58,166 bases of DNA, from positions 1 to 58,166 of the forward strand of contig CALRGY010000002.1 of NCBI GenBank assembly GCA_943358395.1, read 5' to 3'. The notes under the pieces were generated by a model. It did no database searches. It was not told the origin of the DNA and saw only the letters and a program-made list of their open reading frames with translations. Within the stretch, counting starts at the first letter, position 1. Every line of letters begins with the position of its first letter. A program made the translations under genes and the position numbers. Source of the stretch: Candidatus Uhrbacteria bacterium (GTDB lineage Bacteria > Patescibacteriota > Patescibacteriia > UBA9934). Shown here one piece after another: positions 9,706 through 19,229 of the stretch.

Positions 9706-10524
9706 ATGAGGATCGCACAGCGTTTTCCATTTCTGCACACCGTAAGCATTTGGCGATTCCGTGTTTTGCGTTGGATGCGATGGATATTCTTTCAGCGCAT
9801 TGCCACGCATCATCGCTTGCGACCATTGCCGTTTCGCGTAACATCGCACGAATCCCTCTTGTTACGTAAGCTCGGCGACGCAGATATGCGCTTGCAGACA
9901 AATAAGATCACCAATCTTCGTCTTGCATCGGCGAAGATGAATGGAATCATCATTCGACCCGGTGAGACATTTTCGTTTTGGCGACTCGTAGGTTGGCCAA
10001 CGGCAAAGAAAGGATATGTGACAGGGATGTTGCTTTCGAATGGGAAAGTGCAAGAAGGCATCGGCGGCGGTTTATGCCAAGCAGCGAACCTGTTGTACTG
10101 GATGGCATTGCACTCGCCATTGGTTACTACCGAACGTCATCGGCATAGCTACGATATTTTTCCAGATTCTGGTCGTGTCCTTCCATTCGGTACTGGTGCT
10201 GCCGTGTACTACAACTACGTCGATCTTCAGTTTCACAATCCAACAGACACAACATTTCACATCATCATCGGCGTCAACGAAACGCATCTTCACGGAGAGA
10301 TTCGATCAGATATTCTTACGCCGCATTCGTACAAAATCATCGAGCGCGACCATCGCTTCACTCGTTCCCGTACAACCGGAAAAATCTTCCGCGAGAATAA
10401 TCTCTATCGCCAAACATTCGATAAACGCACAGGAAACATGCTGAGCGACGAGTTGCTGTATAAGAATCACTGTGAGACGCTGTATCGTCCAGAATCGAAG
10501 ATCCTCATCGAGGAAGCGCCGTAA
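9706..10524 (+). CDS. VanW family protein
   Basis: LQTNKITNLRLA..G.IIRPGETFSFW..VG and GIGGGLCQAANLLYW motifs typical of VanW. Confidence 0.8.
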   Translation: MRIAQRFPFLHTVSIWRFRVLRWMRWIFFQRIATHHRLRPLPFRVTSHESLLLRKLGDADMRLQTNKITNLRLASAKMNGIIIRPGETFSFWRLVGWPTAKKGYVTGMLLSNGKVQEGIGGGLCQAANLLYWMALHSPLVTTERHRHSYDIFPDSGRVLPFGTGAAVYYNYVDLQFHNPTDTTFHIIIGVNETHLHGEIRSDILTPHSYKIIERDHRFTRSRTTGKIFRENNLYRQTFDKRTGNMLSDELLYKNHCETLYRPESKILIEEAP

Positions 10525-10581
10525 GTGTTTGTGTGGGATCGGTTTTGACGAGTTCATCTTGAGTGAAAACGCGACGAATAC

Positions 10582-10703
10582 AAAACATCGTAATTTTGTT
10601 CAGGACTAGGAGGAGCATGAGCAATTGCCGAAGACGTACTTCTTGGTACGACGAGGCAATGCGCAATGTTCCGACAACGTCCTGGACGAAATTACGATGT
10701 TTT
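10582..10703. repeat. LHE copy 2 (divergent), abutting the tRNA-Ala 3' end
   Basis: Outer stem AAACATCGTAATTT / AAATTACGATGTTT, inner CAGGAC...GTCCTG, apical ACGTAC-TTCTTG-GTACG. Confidence 0.65.
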
Positions 10704-10704
10704 G

Positions 10705-10780
10705 TGGTGGACCAACAGGGACTCGAACCCTGGACCCTCTGCTTGCAAAGCAGATGCTCTACCAACTGAGCTATTGGCCC
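10705..10780 (-). tRNA. tRNA-Ala (anticodon UGC)
   Basis: Hand-folded cloverleaf: acceptor GGGCCAA/TTGGTCC with G3:U70, anticodon loop TTTGCAA, TTCGAGT T-loop, encoded CCA. Confidence 0.9.
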
Positions 10781-10821
10781 GCACTTGAGCAGGAATAGTG
10801 TAGCAAACTCGCAAATCATCG

Positions 10822-11820
10822 TCAAAGCATGACGGCATTTACCGGAACCTCACCCGCTAAGAATTCTTCGATGTTTTTGACGACTTGGCGGCTCATAGCA
10901 GTGCGGGCGCTGAACGTGGCGCTGCCGGTGTGGGGAGTGAGAATGACGTTTTTGAGGTTGCGCAGGCGATCGGCGAGAACGGGAGTACGGGCAAGATTCG
11001 GTTCGCCTTCGAACACGTCGAGTCCGGCACCGGCGATGATTCTGTTTTCGAGTGCATCGACGAGTGCAACGGTATCAACGATGGCGCCTCGTGCAGTATT
11101 GATGAGTATCGCGTTCGGCTTCATCATCGCAAGTGCCGTAGCATCGATGAGATGCGTGGTCGATGGGAGTAGGGGAACGTGCAGGCTCACGATGTCCGAT
11201 TCCTGGAGCACAGAATCTCTGGACATGAATTCTGCGCCAACCTCTGCCTCGAACGTAGGATTCGGTTTGAGATCGGTGTACACAATCCGCATATCGAATC
11301 CATGTTTCATCCTTCGTGCTACGTCAGATCCAATCGCTCCACTGCCGATGATTCCAAGAGTTTTTCCACAAATGTCGGCACCGAGAAGAAGTTCCGGCCC
11401 CCAGCCGGTATAGTTGCCGCCGCGAAGAAAACAATCGGTTTCAACAATACGTTTTGCAACGGCAAACATAAGTGCAATTGTATGTTCTGCCACGGCTGCA
11501 TTGCTTTCTGGTGTCGGCGCATTGGTGACAATAATTCCGCGCTTTTTCGCTTCTGCACCGTCGATATTATCGAACCCAACGCCGTAATTCGCGATCATTT
11601 TCAGGCTTGGCCCCGCGGCATCCATCACGTCTGCATCGATGGTATCGGTAAGAATTGAAAGAAGAATATCAGCCCCAACAATGCGCGTGAGAAGTTCTTT
11701 TCGAGGAATGATGCCGCTTCCTGTGAAAACATCCACGATAATATTCGGCATTGACCGCAGCAGCTCGATTCCTGGGGAGGGAATGTGGCGAGTGACGAAG
11801 ATTCGTGTTGGCATAAACAA
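10822..11820 (-). CDS. D-isomer-specific 2-hydroxyacid dehydrogenase (glyoxylate/hydroxypyruvate reductase-like)
   Basis: GVGFDNID, NAP..ES.AVAEH, and GIIGSGAIGSDVARR NAD-binding motif. Confidence 0.8.
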   Translation of the reverse strand: MFMPTRIFVTRHIPSPGIELLRSMPNIIVDVFTGSGIIPRKELLTRIVGADILLSILTDTIDADVMDAAGPSLKMIANYGVGFDNIDGAEAKKRGIIVTNAPTPESNAAVAEHTIALMFAVAKRIVETDCFLRGGNYTGWGPELLLGADICGKTLGIIGSGAIGSDVARRMKHGFDMRIVYTDLKPNPTFEAEVGAEFMSRDSVLQESDIVSLHVPLLPSTTHLIDATALAMMKPNAILINTARGAIVDTVALVDALENRIIAGAGLDVFEGEPNLARTPVLADRLRNLKNVILTPHTGSATFSARTAMSRQVVKNIEEFLAGEVPVNAVML

Positions 11821-11846
11821 ATAGCAGACGATGATTCGTCTGCTAT
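11821..11846 (-). terminator. Intrinsic terminator (minus strand)
   Basis: ATAGCAGACG-loop-CGTCTGCTAT hairpin followed on the minus strand by TTGTTT. Confidence 0.55.
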
Positions 11847-11859
11847 TGTAGCACTTCGC

Positions 11860-12639
11860 TTACTGTACCGATGACCAATCTAACGAATTCTTCACGACGA
11901 GCCATTCTGCATTTGTCGCGCCAACTTCATCGAACGTGAGTTCGATGTATTTTGTCGCGTTGGTAAATCGAAGAATATGAAAAACTCCGTTTAACCCTCC
12001 TGCGGCTTGTTCAGAAGCCGTGCCATCGATGGAGACAAGCGTCCCTCCGGAAACCGAAGAGGAAGTGACGTTGAGATTCGTGTACTCAGCATCGTCTGCT
12101 TTTGACCTTTCGGCGTAATCGGCCTTGATCTTTTCAACATCCATGAGAGCTGCCTTTTCTTTTGTGAGTGTTACGATAGAGAGTCGTGCTGGGTTCGGTA
12201 TGCCACCGCATTCATTGCACACTTCATACACACCTTTGGTCGCCTCGAATGTTGCAAGAATACTCTCATTAAAAATGAAAACACCAGTATTCCATGCGCC
12301 ACTCCACGTAATTGGTAGTGTAAGCGATGGTAATGTTCCCTTGGTTTTTGTGCCATCAAGACTTGCACCAAGGACTGGCGATGAGGTGATATTTGTCGGT
12401 GCGACATCACACGCATCAGAAATTCGTGTGAGGTTTGTGGTGATGGCGTTGATGCTGCCGTTTTGGCAGGCAGAGGCAATATCGGCTATTGATGGGGAAT
12501 TGGAGGTTTTTGTGAGAAGGAGCCCGACGATGATGAGTGAGAAAACGGCAATCCACGTCAAGAGAATAAGCATCCAGATATGAATTTTACTTGGTGGAGT
12601 GTGCTGAGCGTCTTGTGTATTTTCGGAAAACGATTCCAT
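11860..12639 (-). CDS. Hypothetical membrane-anchored protein
   Basis: 259 aa with a single N-terminal TM helix (IWMLILLTWIAVFSLIIVGLLL). No family recognised. Confidence 0.55.
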   Translation of the reverse strand: MESFSENTQDAQHTPPSKIHIWMLILLTWIAVFSLIIVGLLLTKTSNSPSIADIASACQNGSINAITTNLTRISDACDVAPTNITSSPVLGASLDGTKTKGTLPSLTLPITWSGAWNTGVFIFNESILATFEATKGVYEVCNECGGIPNPARLSIVTLTKEKAALMDVEKIKADYAERSKADDAEYTNLNVTSSSVSGGTLVSIDGTASEQAAGGLNGVFHILRFTNATKYIELTFDEVGATNAEWLVVKNSLDWSSVQ

Positions 12640-12651
12640 AGAGGAGGATCA

Positions 12652-13641
12652 TTATGCTTTGCGGATGCGGTAGGTATGCAGCTCGCGTTCTTTGGGCCAC
12701 TTCGTGAGTATACCAGTCTTCGCTCCTACATGTTGCACCACGCTTTCTGCGTTCATGGTGCCAAGGCGCAGTGCGTCTTCGATAGTCATGCCGCTCGCGA
12801 TTGCTGCGGTGAATGCAGAACCGAATGCGTCGCCGGCACCGGTACGGGAAATGGATGCCACGCCAGATGTTCTGCAGTGCCATGTTAATTTGTCCTTATG
12901 TGCATGCGCACCATTTTGTCCGTCGGTTACCACGATAATCGATCCTGGAAGTGCTAAAAGCTCGCATTGTATTTTGGGATCGTTGGACGATTTTCCTGTG
13001 AGCATTTGTGCTTCTTGAAGATTCACGATGAGGAGGGAAACGAGCTTGCGAATAGGATCAAGGCCTCTGCCGCTCTTTAATTCTTGTGCCCCTGGGTTCC
13101 ACGCAAGAAAGATACCTTTCTTTTCGCATACTTTCGCAATGGAAAGTGCGAGCGCTACATTGCCTCCCAATGATGTGAGATACACGATGTCCGATGAAAT
13201 TTTGGAAAGCTTTACATCTTTTTCGCTGAAATTTGCGCTTGCGCCACGAAAAACCAGAGCGGTTCGTTCGCCACCTTCTGCGGTAAGCAGCGTGCTGTAC
13301 GACGTGGATTCTTTTTTTGCGACGGTGATGAGGAATGTGTCAACACCGCGTGTTGCGCAATCGGTAAGAATATCGCGCCCAGAGGCATCGTCACCAATGC
13401 GGGTCATAATGCGAGTAGGGAAGGTAAGAGCAGCGAATGTTGCTGCGGCATTTGTGGCGCCACCACCAGTGGTTACGGTGAGTGCGTCGATATCGATCTT
13501 GGACCCGAGAGTCACGCATTCCGCAAGAACGCTGGGGTTGCCTGGCATTGGCATGATTTTGAACAGTTTGGAGAAAAGAAAAACATCGCGAGAAGCAGAG
13601 CCGATGGTAAGAACAGAGGGGAGAGACATAGGGGTATGCAT
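12652..13641 (-). CDS. PfkB-family carbohydrate kinase
   Basis: GGGATNAA and C-terminal GAGDAFGSAF motifs of the ribokinase/PfkB family. Confidence 0.8.
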   Translation of the reverse strand: MHTPMSLPSVLTIGSASRDVFLFSKLFKIMPMPGNPSVLAECVTLGSKIDIDALTVTTGGGATNAAATFAALTFPTRIMTRIGDDASGRDILTDCATRGVDTFLITVAKKESTSYSTLLTAEGGERTALVFRGASANFSEKDVKLSKISSDIVYLTSLGGNVALALSIAKVCEKKGIFLAWNPGAQELKSGRGLDPIRKLVSLLIVNLQEAQMLTGKSSNDPKIQCELLALPGSIIVVTDGQNGAHAHKDKLTWHCRTSGVASISRTGAGDAFGSAFTAAIASGMTIEDALRLGTMNAESVVQHVGAKTGILTKWPKERELHTYRIRKA

Positions 13642-14471
13642 TATCGTGCGGCGTGTTTCTTCCAGAGCTTCACGTAATGTGTGTAGTGTTTTGCGATAGC
13701 ATCAACAGCTTGCGCACGCGTGATTAATTTCTCCGTGTATTTCTTTACTGGATCGAAGAAAATCGTTCGTCCAATGGCAAAGCCGTCAACAACCCCGCTT
13801 TTTGCCGCAGTCACTACCCATTCGTCCACAACCTTCATCGACGCACCTCGTCCAAGAAGAATCATTGGCACCTTCGCAATTTTCGCAAGGCTTTTCCAGT
13901 CTTTTTGTGTTGGCATGGGTTCGAGTTTCCATATTGCCGGGCGAATGCCGTGGTTGTGCATGTCGCGAATAGCGATCGTTGCGCGTTTCAATGGCGAGGG
14001 TTTCCCGTGAAGCAACGGCTCCAGCATGAGGGGAATACCATCTTCAATACAGAAATCGCTGAGCGCACGAAGCTTTTTCATTTTTTCTTCGTTGAGATCA
14101 GTATCACCTACAGTGTAGTTGACGAGGACTTTTGCGAAGGTTGGATCGTGGGCAATGAGTGCACGACCGAATCCAGCACCGTGAACGAATTGCAATGTGC
14201 TCCCACCGCTTTTTTCGGTGGAAACAATGGTGGTGATGCCGAGCTTTTTTGCTTTTGCAATAACGGCACCGCCAAATTCATCATCAACGAGAACGCCGCA
14301 ATCACCTTCTTTTTGCATTGTGGAATATGCCTGCAAAAAACCATCGAAAATAATGGACCTTAGGGCGACGAGTTTCTTTCCGATGATTGCATTCGGTGGA
14401 TACGCTACACCAAAGAGCTCGTGGGTGATACCGTTCCTGTGATCAAACGGAAGGATAAAAAGGGGCTTCAT
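13641..14471 (-). CDS. Class I aldolase-like protein (LacD / IolC-C-terminal DUF2090-like)
   Basis: MKPLFILPFDHR..., LMLEPL and WKLEP strings resemble tagatose-bisphosphate/DUF2090 aldolase folds. Adjacent to the PfkB kinase. Start trimmed to Met40 of the track ORF. Confidence 0.5.
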   Translation of the reverse strand: MKPLFILPFDHRNGITHELFGVAYPPNAIIGKKLVALRSIIFDGFLQAYSTMQKEGDCGVLVDDEFGGAVIAKAKKLGITTIVSTEKSGGSTLQFVHGAGFGRALIAHDPTFAKVLVNYTVGDTDLNEEKMKKLRALSDFCIEDGIPLMLEPLLHGKPSPLKRATIAIRDMHNHGIRPAIWKLEPMPTQKDWKSLAKIAKVPMILLGRGASMKVVDEWVVTAAKSGVVDGFAIGRTIFFDPVKKYTEKLITRAQAVDAIAKHYTHYVKLWKKHAAR

Positions 14472-14500
14472 ATACAGCGAACAGTATACCGCACGCCTTG

Positions 14501-15028
14501 TTATATGTCGGATCGGTGATATATGTACCACGGCACCAATCGATCGCCACGGATTGTTTGCACGGGCTCGACGTTGGGAAACGGCCACGCTTCTATTGCG
14601 ACGACTGCTTCTGGTTTGAGCTCGCGTTTCAGGGTTGCGATGAACTTTGGGTACGCCTTTTGCATGAGAAAGGCTACAACAACATCGGCATCACTGAAGT
14701 GTTTGGTGAAAAAGTTACCGAATCGGAGTGAGACGTTTTTGTAGCGGACGGGGTGGCGAAATTTGACGAGGTATCCAAGAAAAAGGGGGAGGAGCGCAAC
14801 GTCGTAGCCGATGCAGCGTGCCCGTGGATACCGATCAGCAAACTCGAAAAGGATAGATCCGCTGCCGCACCCAAGATCGTAAATCGTTGATGCGTCATCG
14901 ATGACTAGGTTTTCGACTAACAGTTTACGTTGTGCAGAAAGGGTCGGCACCCACGGCGCAGCAAGCACACAGCCCCATGCCATGGTGCCAATAATGATAA
15001 AGAAGATGAAAAAGAGCAGGGAAGGCAT
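14501..15028 (-). CDS. Class I SAM-dependent methyltransferase with N-terminal TM helix
   Basis: Motif I IYDLGCGSGS. Start trimmed to MPSLLFFIFF. Confidence 0.65.
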   Translation of the reverse strand: MPSLLFFIFFIIIGTMAWGCVLAAPWVPTLSAQRKLLVENLVIDDASTIYDLGCGSGSILFEFADRYPRARCIGYDVALLPLFLGYLVKFRHPVRYKNVSLRFGNFFTKHFSDADVVVAFLMQKAYPKFIATLKRELKPEAVVAIEAWPFPNVEPVQTIRGDRLVPWYIYHRSDI

Positions 15029-15036
15029 TTCAATAC

Positions 15037-15744
15037 TTATCGAGGACCGAGCATGGCGAGCAATTCTTTTTCTTCGCCAGGGGTAAGGTGCCGCCATTTG
15101 CCCTGGGGCAAGCCACCGAGCTCCACGTTCATCACGCGAATACGTTCAAGCTTTTTCACGTTCACGTGCATTGCTTCACACATTCGGCGAATTTGACGAT
15201 TCTTTCCCTCAACAAGGGTAATCGCAAAAGACATATCGCCAAGTTTTTCCACTTTTGCGGGGAATGTTTTTCGCCCAAGAATCTCGACTCCGGTGGACAT
15301 CGTTTGCACAAACTCTTCGCTCACAGCACGGTCGATAGTAACGACGTACTCTTTTTCATGCCTTCCTTCTGCGCGAAGGATTTTGTTCACAATGTCGCCG
15401 TCGTTCGTGAGAAGAATCAGCCCAGAAGATGCCACGTCCAGCCTACCAATATGGAAAATGCGCTCCGGGTATTTTACGGCCTCAATAATATTATCTTTCG
15501 CTTTTGGGTCGGAAGTACAAATAACGCCAACGGGCTTATGGTATGCAATATAGACGTGCTTTTCCGAAGGCGGCGCCACGCGCTTGCCCCGTACCGTAAT
15601 CTCTTCTGTGCCATCCACCTTGGTGCCAAGCTCCGCCTTTACCCCATTAACCGCAATTTTCCCTGCAACCATGAGCCGATCCGCCTCTCTCCGTGAGCAC
15701 ACCCCTGCGTCTACCAAGTATTTGTTGAGTCGCATCACGGACAT
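15037..15744 (-). CDS. Pseudouridine synthase, RsuA/RluB family
   Basis: S4 domain (MRLNKYL..AGVCSRREADRL) and catalytic HIGRLDVASSGLILLTNDG. Confidence 0.85.
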   Translation of the reverse strand: MSVMRLNKYLVDAGVCSRREADRLMVAGKIAVNGVKAELGTKVDGTEEITVRGKRVAPPSEKHVYIAYHKPVGVICTSDPKAKDNIIEAVKYPERIFHIGRLDVASSGLILLTNDGDIVNKILRAEGRHEKEYVVTIDRAVSEEFVQTMSTGVEILGRKTFPAKVEKLGDMSFAITLVEGKNRQIRRMCEAMHVNVKKLERIRVMNVELGGLPQGKWRHLTPGEEKELLAMLGPR

Positions 15745-15806
15745 ATGCACAGAACAATAGCCGAAGTGTCGGTTTTTTGCTAGAGTTTGTGTATAATCCG
15801 ATGTAT

Positions 15807-16124
15807 ATGGCAACGCAGATCGAGGAAAGAATTAAGCAGTTACTAGATGCAATCAAAGAATTCGAGGCTTTTTTGGATAAAGATCCTAATGCACGAAGAA
15901 TTGAGAGCGAAATGAATGATTTTCAAGAAAAAGTGAGAAAGATTACCGGTGGCCATCCCTTAATCAATAACATGAATCTGGAAATACGAATGGGTCAGAG
16001 CGGGAACATGCTTAATGTTGCTCGCGAGATTCTTTCCGAGCTTCGAGAAGTAGAGAGACAGGAGCCAGGGAAAGAGAAAAAAAGTGACATCGTGCGCATG
16101 CCCGGTAGACCAATTTTCCATTGA
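15807..16124 (+). CDS. Hypothetical coiled-coil protein
   Basis: 105 aa, charged/helical composition. No family recognised. Confidence 0.45.
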   Translation: MATQIEERIKQLLDAIKEFEAFLDKDPNARRIESEMNDFQEKVRKITGGHPLINNMNLEIRMGQSGNMLNVAREILSELREVERQEPGKEKKSDIVRMPGRPIFH

Positions 16125-16129
16125 TTCAA

Positions 16130-16156
16130 AATGACGACTCACTCTGAGTCGTCATT
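16130..16156. terminator. Hairpin between convergent genes (bidirectional terminator candidate)
   Basis: AATGACGACTC-ACTCT-GAGTCGTCATT with short T/A runs on both sides. Confidence 0.55.
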
Positions 16157-16160
16157 CTTT

Positions 16161-17150
16161 CTACCCCTTCTTTTTCATCGCTTGTTTCACCGCCTTCACG
16201 ATCCACGGCGCGGTCATACGGTAATACTCGAGGAGTTCGGCGGGGGTGCCGGATTGGCCGAATTCGTCGTGCATGCCAATGCGGAGAATGGGGACGGGGC
16301 ATTCTTGGGAGAGAAGTTCGCAGACAGCTCCGCCAAGCCCGCCGGCGATTTGGGCTTCTTCGACGGTGACGATTGCACCGCATTCCTGTGCTGCGGCGAT
16401 GATTGTTTCTTCGTCGAGAGGTTTAATGGATGGGCAGTTGATCACACGAACCTCGATGCCAAGTTTTTCACAATCGCGTGCCGCTTTCAGCGCCTCGTAC
16501 ACCAATGCACCGCATGCGATGATCGCAACATCGTTTCCCTTGGTGAGCGTTTGCGCCTTGCCGATCTCGAATGGTGATGATGGTGTGGTAAAGATCGGCG
16601 TTGCCTCTCTGCCGAGTCGAAGATACACGGGGCCGTCGATAGCCGCCGCAGCAACCGTTGCCTTTTCTGCTTCAAGAGCATCGCACGGGCAGAGCACGGT
16701 CATGTTCGGTAGCACGCGCATAAGGGCAATGTCTTCTGTCATTTGATGCGTTGCCCCGTCTGCGCCAACAGAAATACCAGCATGTGAGCCGACAATTTTG
16801 AGATTTACGTTTTGGATGCATCCGGTTGTGCGAATCTGTTCCCAGTTTCTTCCGGGGGAGAATGCGGCATAGCTCGCGATGAAGGGAATTTTTCCGGCAA
16901 GCGCCATGCCAGAAGCGATAGCTGCGAGCGATTGTTCAGACACTCCCATTTGAATGAATCGATTAGGAAACGCGTTCTTAAAATCGAGAACCCGTGTGGA
17001 TTCGCTTAAGTCGGCGCACAGCGCAACCACTCGAGCATCATTCTTTCCAGCAATTACCAGCCCACGTCCAAACCCATTCCGTGTTGGCTCGGTTTTGATG
17101 GTTTTCGCGAAAAGATCACGAACGAGTTTTGCGCTTGCGCGAACGGTCAT
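16161..17150 (-). CDS. tkt: Transketolase, C-terminal (pyrimidine-binding + C-terminal domain) subunit
   Basis: About 329 aa. FPNRFIQMGVSEQ, GSHAGISVG.DGATHQ motifs. Confidence 0.88.
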   Translation of the reverse strand: MTVRASAKLVRDLFAKTIKTEPTRNGFGRGLVIAGKNDARVVALCADLSESTRVLDFKNAFPNRFIQMGVSEQSLAAIASGMALAGKIPFIASYAAFSPGRNWEQIRTTGCIQNVNLKIVGSHAGISVGADGATHQMTEDIALMRVLPNMTVLCPCDALEAEKATVAAAAIDGPVYLRLGREATPIFTTPSSPFEIGKAQTLTKGNDVAIIACGALVYEALKAARDCEKLGIEVRVINCPSIKPLDEETIIAAAQECGAIVTVEEAQIAGGLGGAVCELLSQECPVPILRIGMHDEFGQSGTPAELLEYYRMTAPWIVKAVKQAMKKKG

Positions 17151-17153
17151 AGT

Positions 17154-18146
17154 CTAGCGGCGTTTTTTGGTATCGGTGGTGTGTCGGCGTGTGACGAGCC
17201 AGTACACTAAGGCAACGATGCCTACGGGAATCCCGATCGCTGCGCCGACGATGGCGATCCAGATGATGGCGCTGAGGGCACGTTGACCAAGCACGATGAC
17301 GAGGGCGACGGCAGAATTTGCGTCGCGGGCGGGATTGAATTTGTCGGAACTTGCGCTGTTTGCTGTGGTTTCTTCGGAAATGCTGACGGAAATGGTGGCA
17401 AGGGCAGTGTGATTTTCAAGGTATCCAATTTGTCCTTGGAGTGACTCGATGGTGAGTCGAACCTCGGCAAGATGTTCCTGTACGGCAAGAACGTCGCCAA
17501 CGGATGTTGCGGTTTTGAGGATGACGAGATATTGCGCTTCTTGCGCTTGTGCTGCAGTAAGGCGTGCGGAAAGATCGGTGTACTGCTCTGTAACATCTTC
17601 GCCGGAAACTGATTCGGTGCTGATGTGAACGCCAAGTGCTTTGATTGCGAGCATGATTGCCTCGAAGCGTGCAACCGGAACGCGTACCGTCATCAATGCT
17701 GTCGCTTCACCCCTTGTATTCTCTCGTCCCGATGATTCCGCGACGAATCCTTCATCGTTTGCGAGTGGGGACGATGATGTGGTGACTATGGCGGTGATGG
17801 CATTCACGGTTGCCGAAACATCGTTCGATGTCATGTCAACGAAGCCGGTTTTGATAACGCGTGCTTGCTCCGGAGCATCGAAATCATCGGAGAATATAGT
17901 AGGAGATGGTGATGCGGTAGTCGCGGATGTATCAAAGCCCATCATCGCTGGGGCGTCACCAGCATACTGTGGGAACGATACCGAGCGCATGCCGCCACCC
18001 GATTCATCGGTACCGCTCCAGTTCCGCATCATGCCCGGGGCATACGAAACGCTGGCATATGTGGCAAGAAGAATAAGGGCAACGACGGTAATGCCGGTCA
18101 TGAGAAGAATGCGGGCGACTTTTGCCAGGAATGATGGGGTGTTCAT
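17154..18146 (-). CDS. DUF4349-like membrane protein
   Basis: N- and C-terminal TM helices. The central part (TVRVP..FE..., EDVTEQYTDLSARL...Q...L) is typical of DUF4349. Confidence 0.6.
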   Translation of the reverse strand: MNTPSFLAKVARILLMTGITVVALILLATYASVSYAPGMMRNWSGTDESGGGMRSVSFPQYAGDAPAMMGFDTSATTASPSPTIFSDDFDAPEQARVIKTGFVDMTSNDVSATVNAITAIVTTSSSPLANDEGFVAESSGRENTRGEATALMTVRVPVARFEAIMLAIKALGVHISTESVSGEDVTEQYTDLSARLTAAQAQEAQYLVILKTATSVGDVLAVQEHLAEVRLTIESLQGQIGYLENHTALATISVSISEETTANSASSDKFNPARDANSAVALVIVLGQRALSAIIWIAIVGAAIGIPVGIVALVYWLVTRRHTTDTKKRR

Positions 18147-19027
18147 AGGCTTTCGTTAGATATTTTTCCTCCCAGGGTGCGAAGGTCTTTGAGTGCAGAT
18201 GTCAGCTCTGTGCGATTCTTTGGGGGCTTGCCGTGCCAGCTTGGCTCACATTCCATGAAGCTCACGCCTTTGCCCGGAATGGTATGTGCGATGATGACGG
18301 TTGGCGCTTCCCATGTGCTTTCCCCCCGGTCGCAGGCATTAATGATGTCGCGAATGTTGTGGCCGTCAATTTCGAGTACGTTCCAGCCGAATGCGGCGAA
18401 TTTATCGTGGACGGGTTCCAGCGGCATAATGTCCTCCGTGTAGCCGTCGATTTGAATGTTGTTGCGATCAATAATCCACGTGAGGTTGTTGAGTTGATAC
18501 TTTGCAGCGAAGAGTGCAGCTTCCCAAGTAATCCCGCATTCCAGTTCACCGTCGCTCATCACGCAGTACGTGTGCCACGGCGCGCCATCCATCTTTGCGG
18601 CATATGCGGCGCCAACGGCTTGGGATGATCCGTCGCCCAGCGGGCCCGAGGTATTCTCGAGGCTTGGCAGATAACGAATTTCCGGGTGGCCTTGTAATCG
18701 TGATCCGAATTTTCGCAGAGTACTCAGCTCATCGACGGGGAAGTATCCTGCACGCGCCATCGCTGCATATCGCACCGGAACAATATGGCCATTGCTGAGA
18801 AAGAGTCGATCACGGTCTGCCCAGTGTGGTTGCTTAGGCCGATGCTGAAGAATATGAAAGTAGAGCGCCGTGAAAATATCCGCCATGCCCAGTGGCCCTG
18901 CACTATGCCCGCTACCAGCAGTCGTCAACATGGTTAAAATATCCTGACGAATCGTATTCGCAAGAAGCTCAAGTGTGCGGACTTCAGAATCAGTGATGGT
19001 AGAAACGCTGTGGCGGCGGGGAGGCAT
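18143..19027 (-). CDS. tkt: Transketolase, N-terminal (TPP-binding) subunit
   Basis: AGSGHSAGPLGMADI, LSNGH and GPLGDGSSQAVG motifs. Start trimmed to MPPRRHS because the longer track ORF reads through repeat sequence. Confidence 0.88.
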   Translation of the reverse strand: MPPRRHSVSTITDSEVRTLELLANTIRQDILTMLTTAGSGHSAGPLGMADIFTALYFHILQHRPKQPHWADRDRLFLSNGHIVPVRYAAMARAGYFPVDELSTLRKFGSRLQGHPEIRYLPSLENTSGPLGDGSSQAVGAAYAAKMDGAPWHTYCVMSDGELECGITWEAALFAAKYQLNNLTWIIDRNNIQIDGYTEDIMPLEPVHDKFAAFGWNVLEIDGHNIRDIINACDRGESTWEAPTVIIAHTIPGKGVSFMECEPSWHGKPPKNRTELTSALKDLRTLGGKISNESL

Positions 19028-19090
19028 GGAAGAAGTATACCAGGGACTTGAAAGAGAAAATGACAGACGGAAACGGAGTACGACGTATTC

Positions 19091-19133
19091 CAGACCCTGA
19101 GGCTTCGCCGAAGGGCCTCCGTCAGGATTCTGT
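19091..19133 (+). repeat. 43-nt hairpin repeat unit (GIY-YIG-associated), copy 1
   Basis: CAGACCCTGAGGCTTCGCCGAAGGGCCTCCGTCAGGATTCTG. Its reverse complement recurs at 19683-19725 and partly at 19174-19202. Confidence 0.8.
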
Positions 19134-19173
19134 GCCTCGGAGATCGGATACAAACAGAGCGTAAATTGCATTC

Positions 19174-19202
19174 GAGGCCCTTCGGCGAAGCCTCAGGGTC
19201 TG
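19174..19202 (-). repeat. Partial inverted copy of the 43-nt unit
   Basis: GAGGCCCTTCGGCGAAGCCTCAGGGTCTG is the exact reverse complement of 19091-19119. Confidence 0.8.
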
Positions 19203-19229
19203 TTTTCGATTCGTGAGCGATTACGAAAC

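Noticed and set aside
10505-10825. ORFs 10505..10825 (-) and 10563..10769 (+).
   Set aside because: They overlap tRNA-Ala and the adjacent long hairpin. The peptide ...PIAQLVEHLLCKQRVQGSSP... is a typical translation of a tRNA gene.
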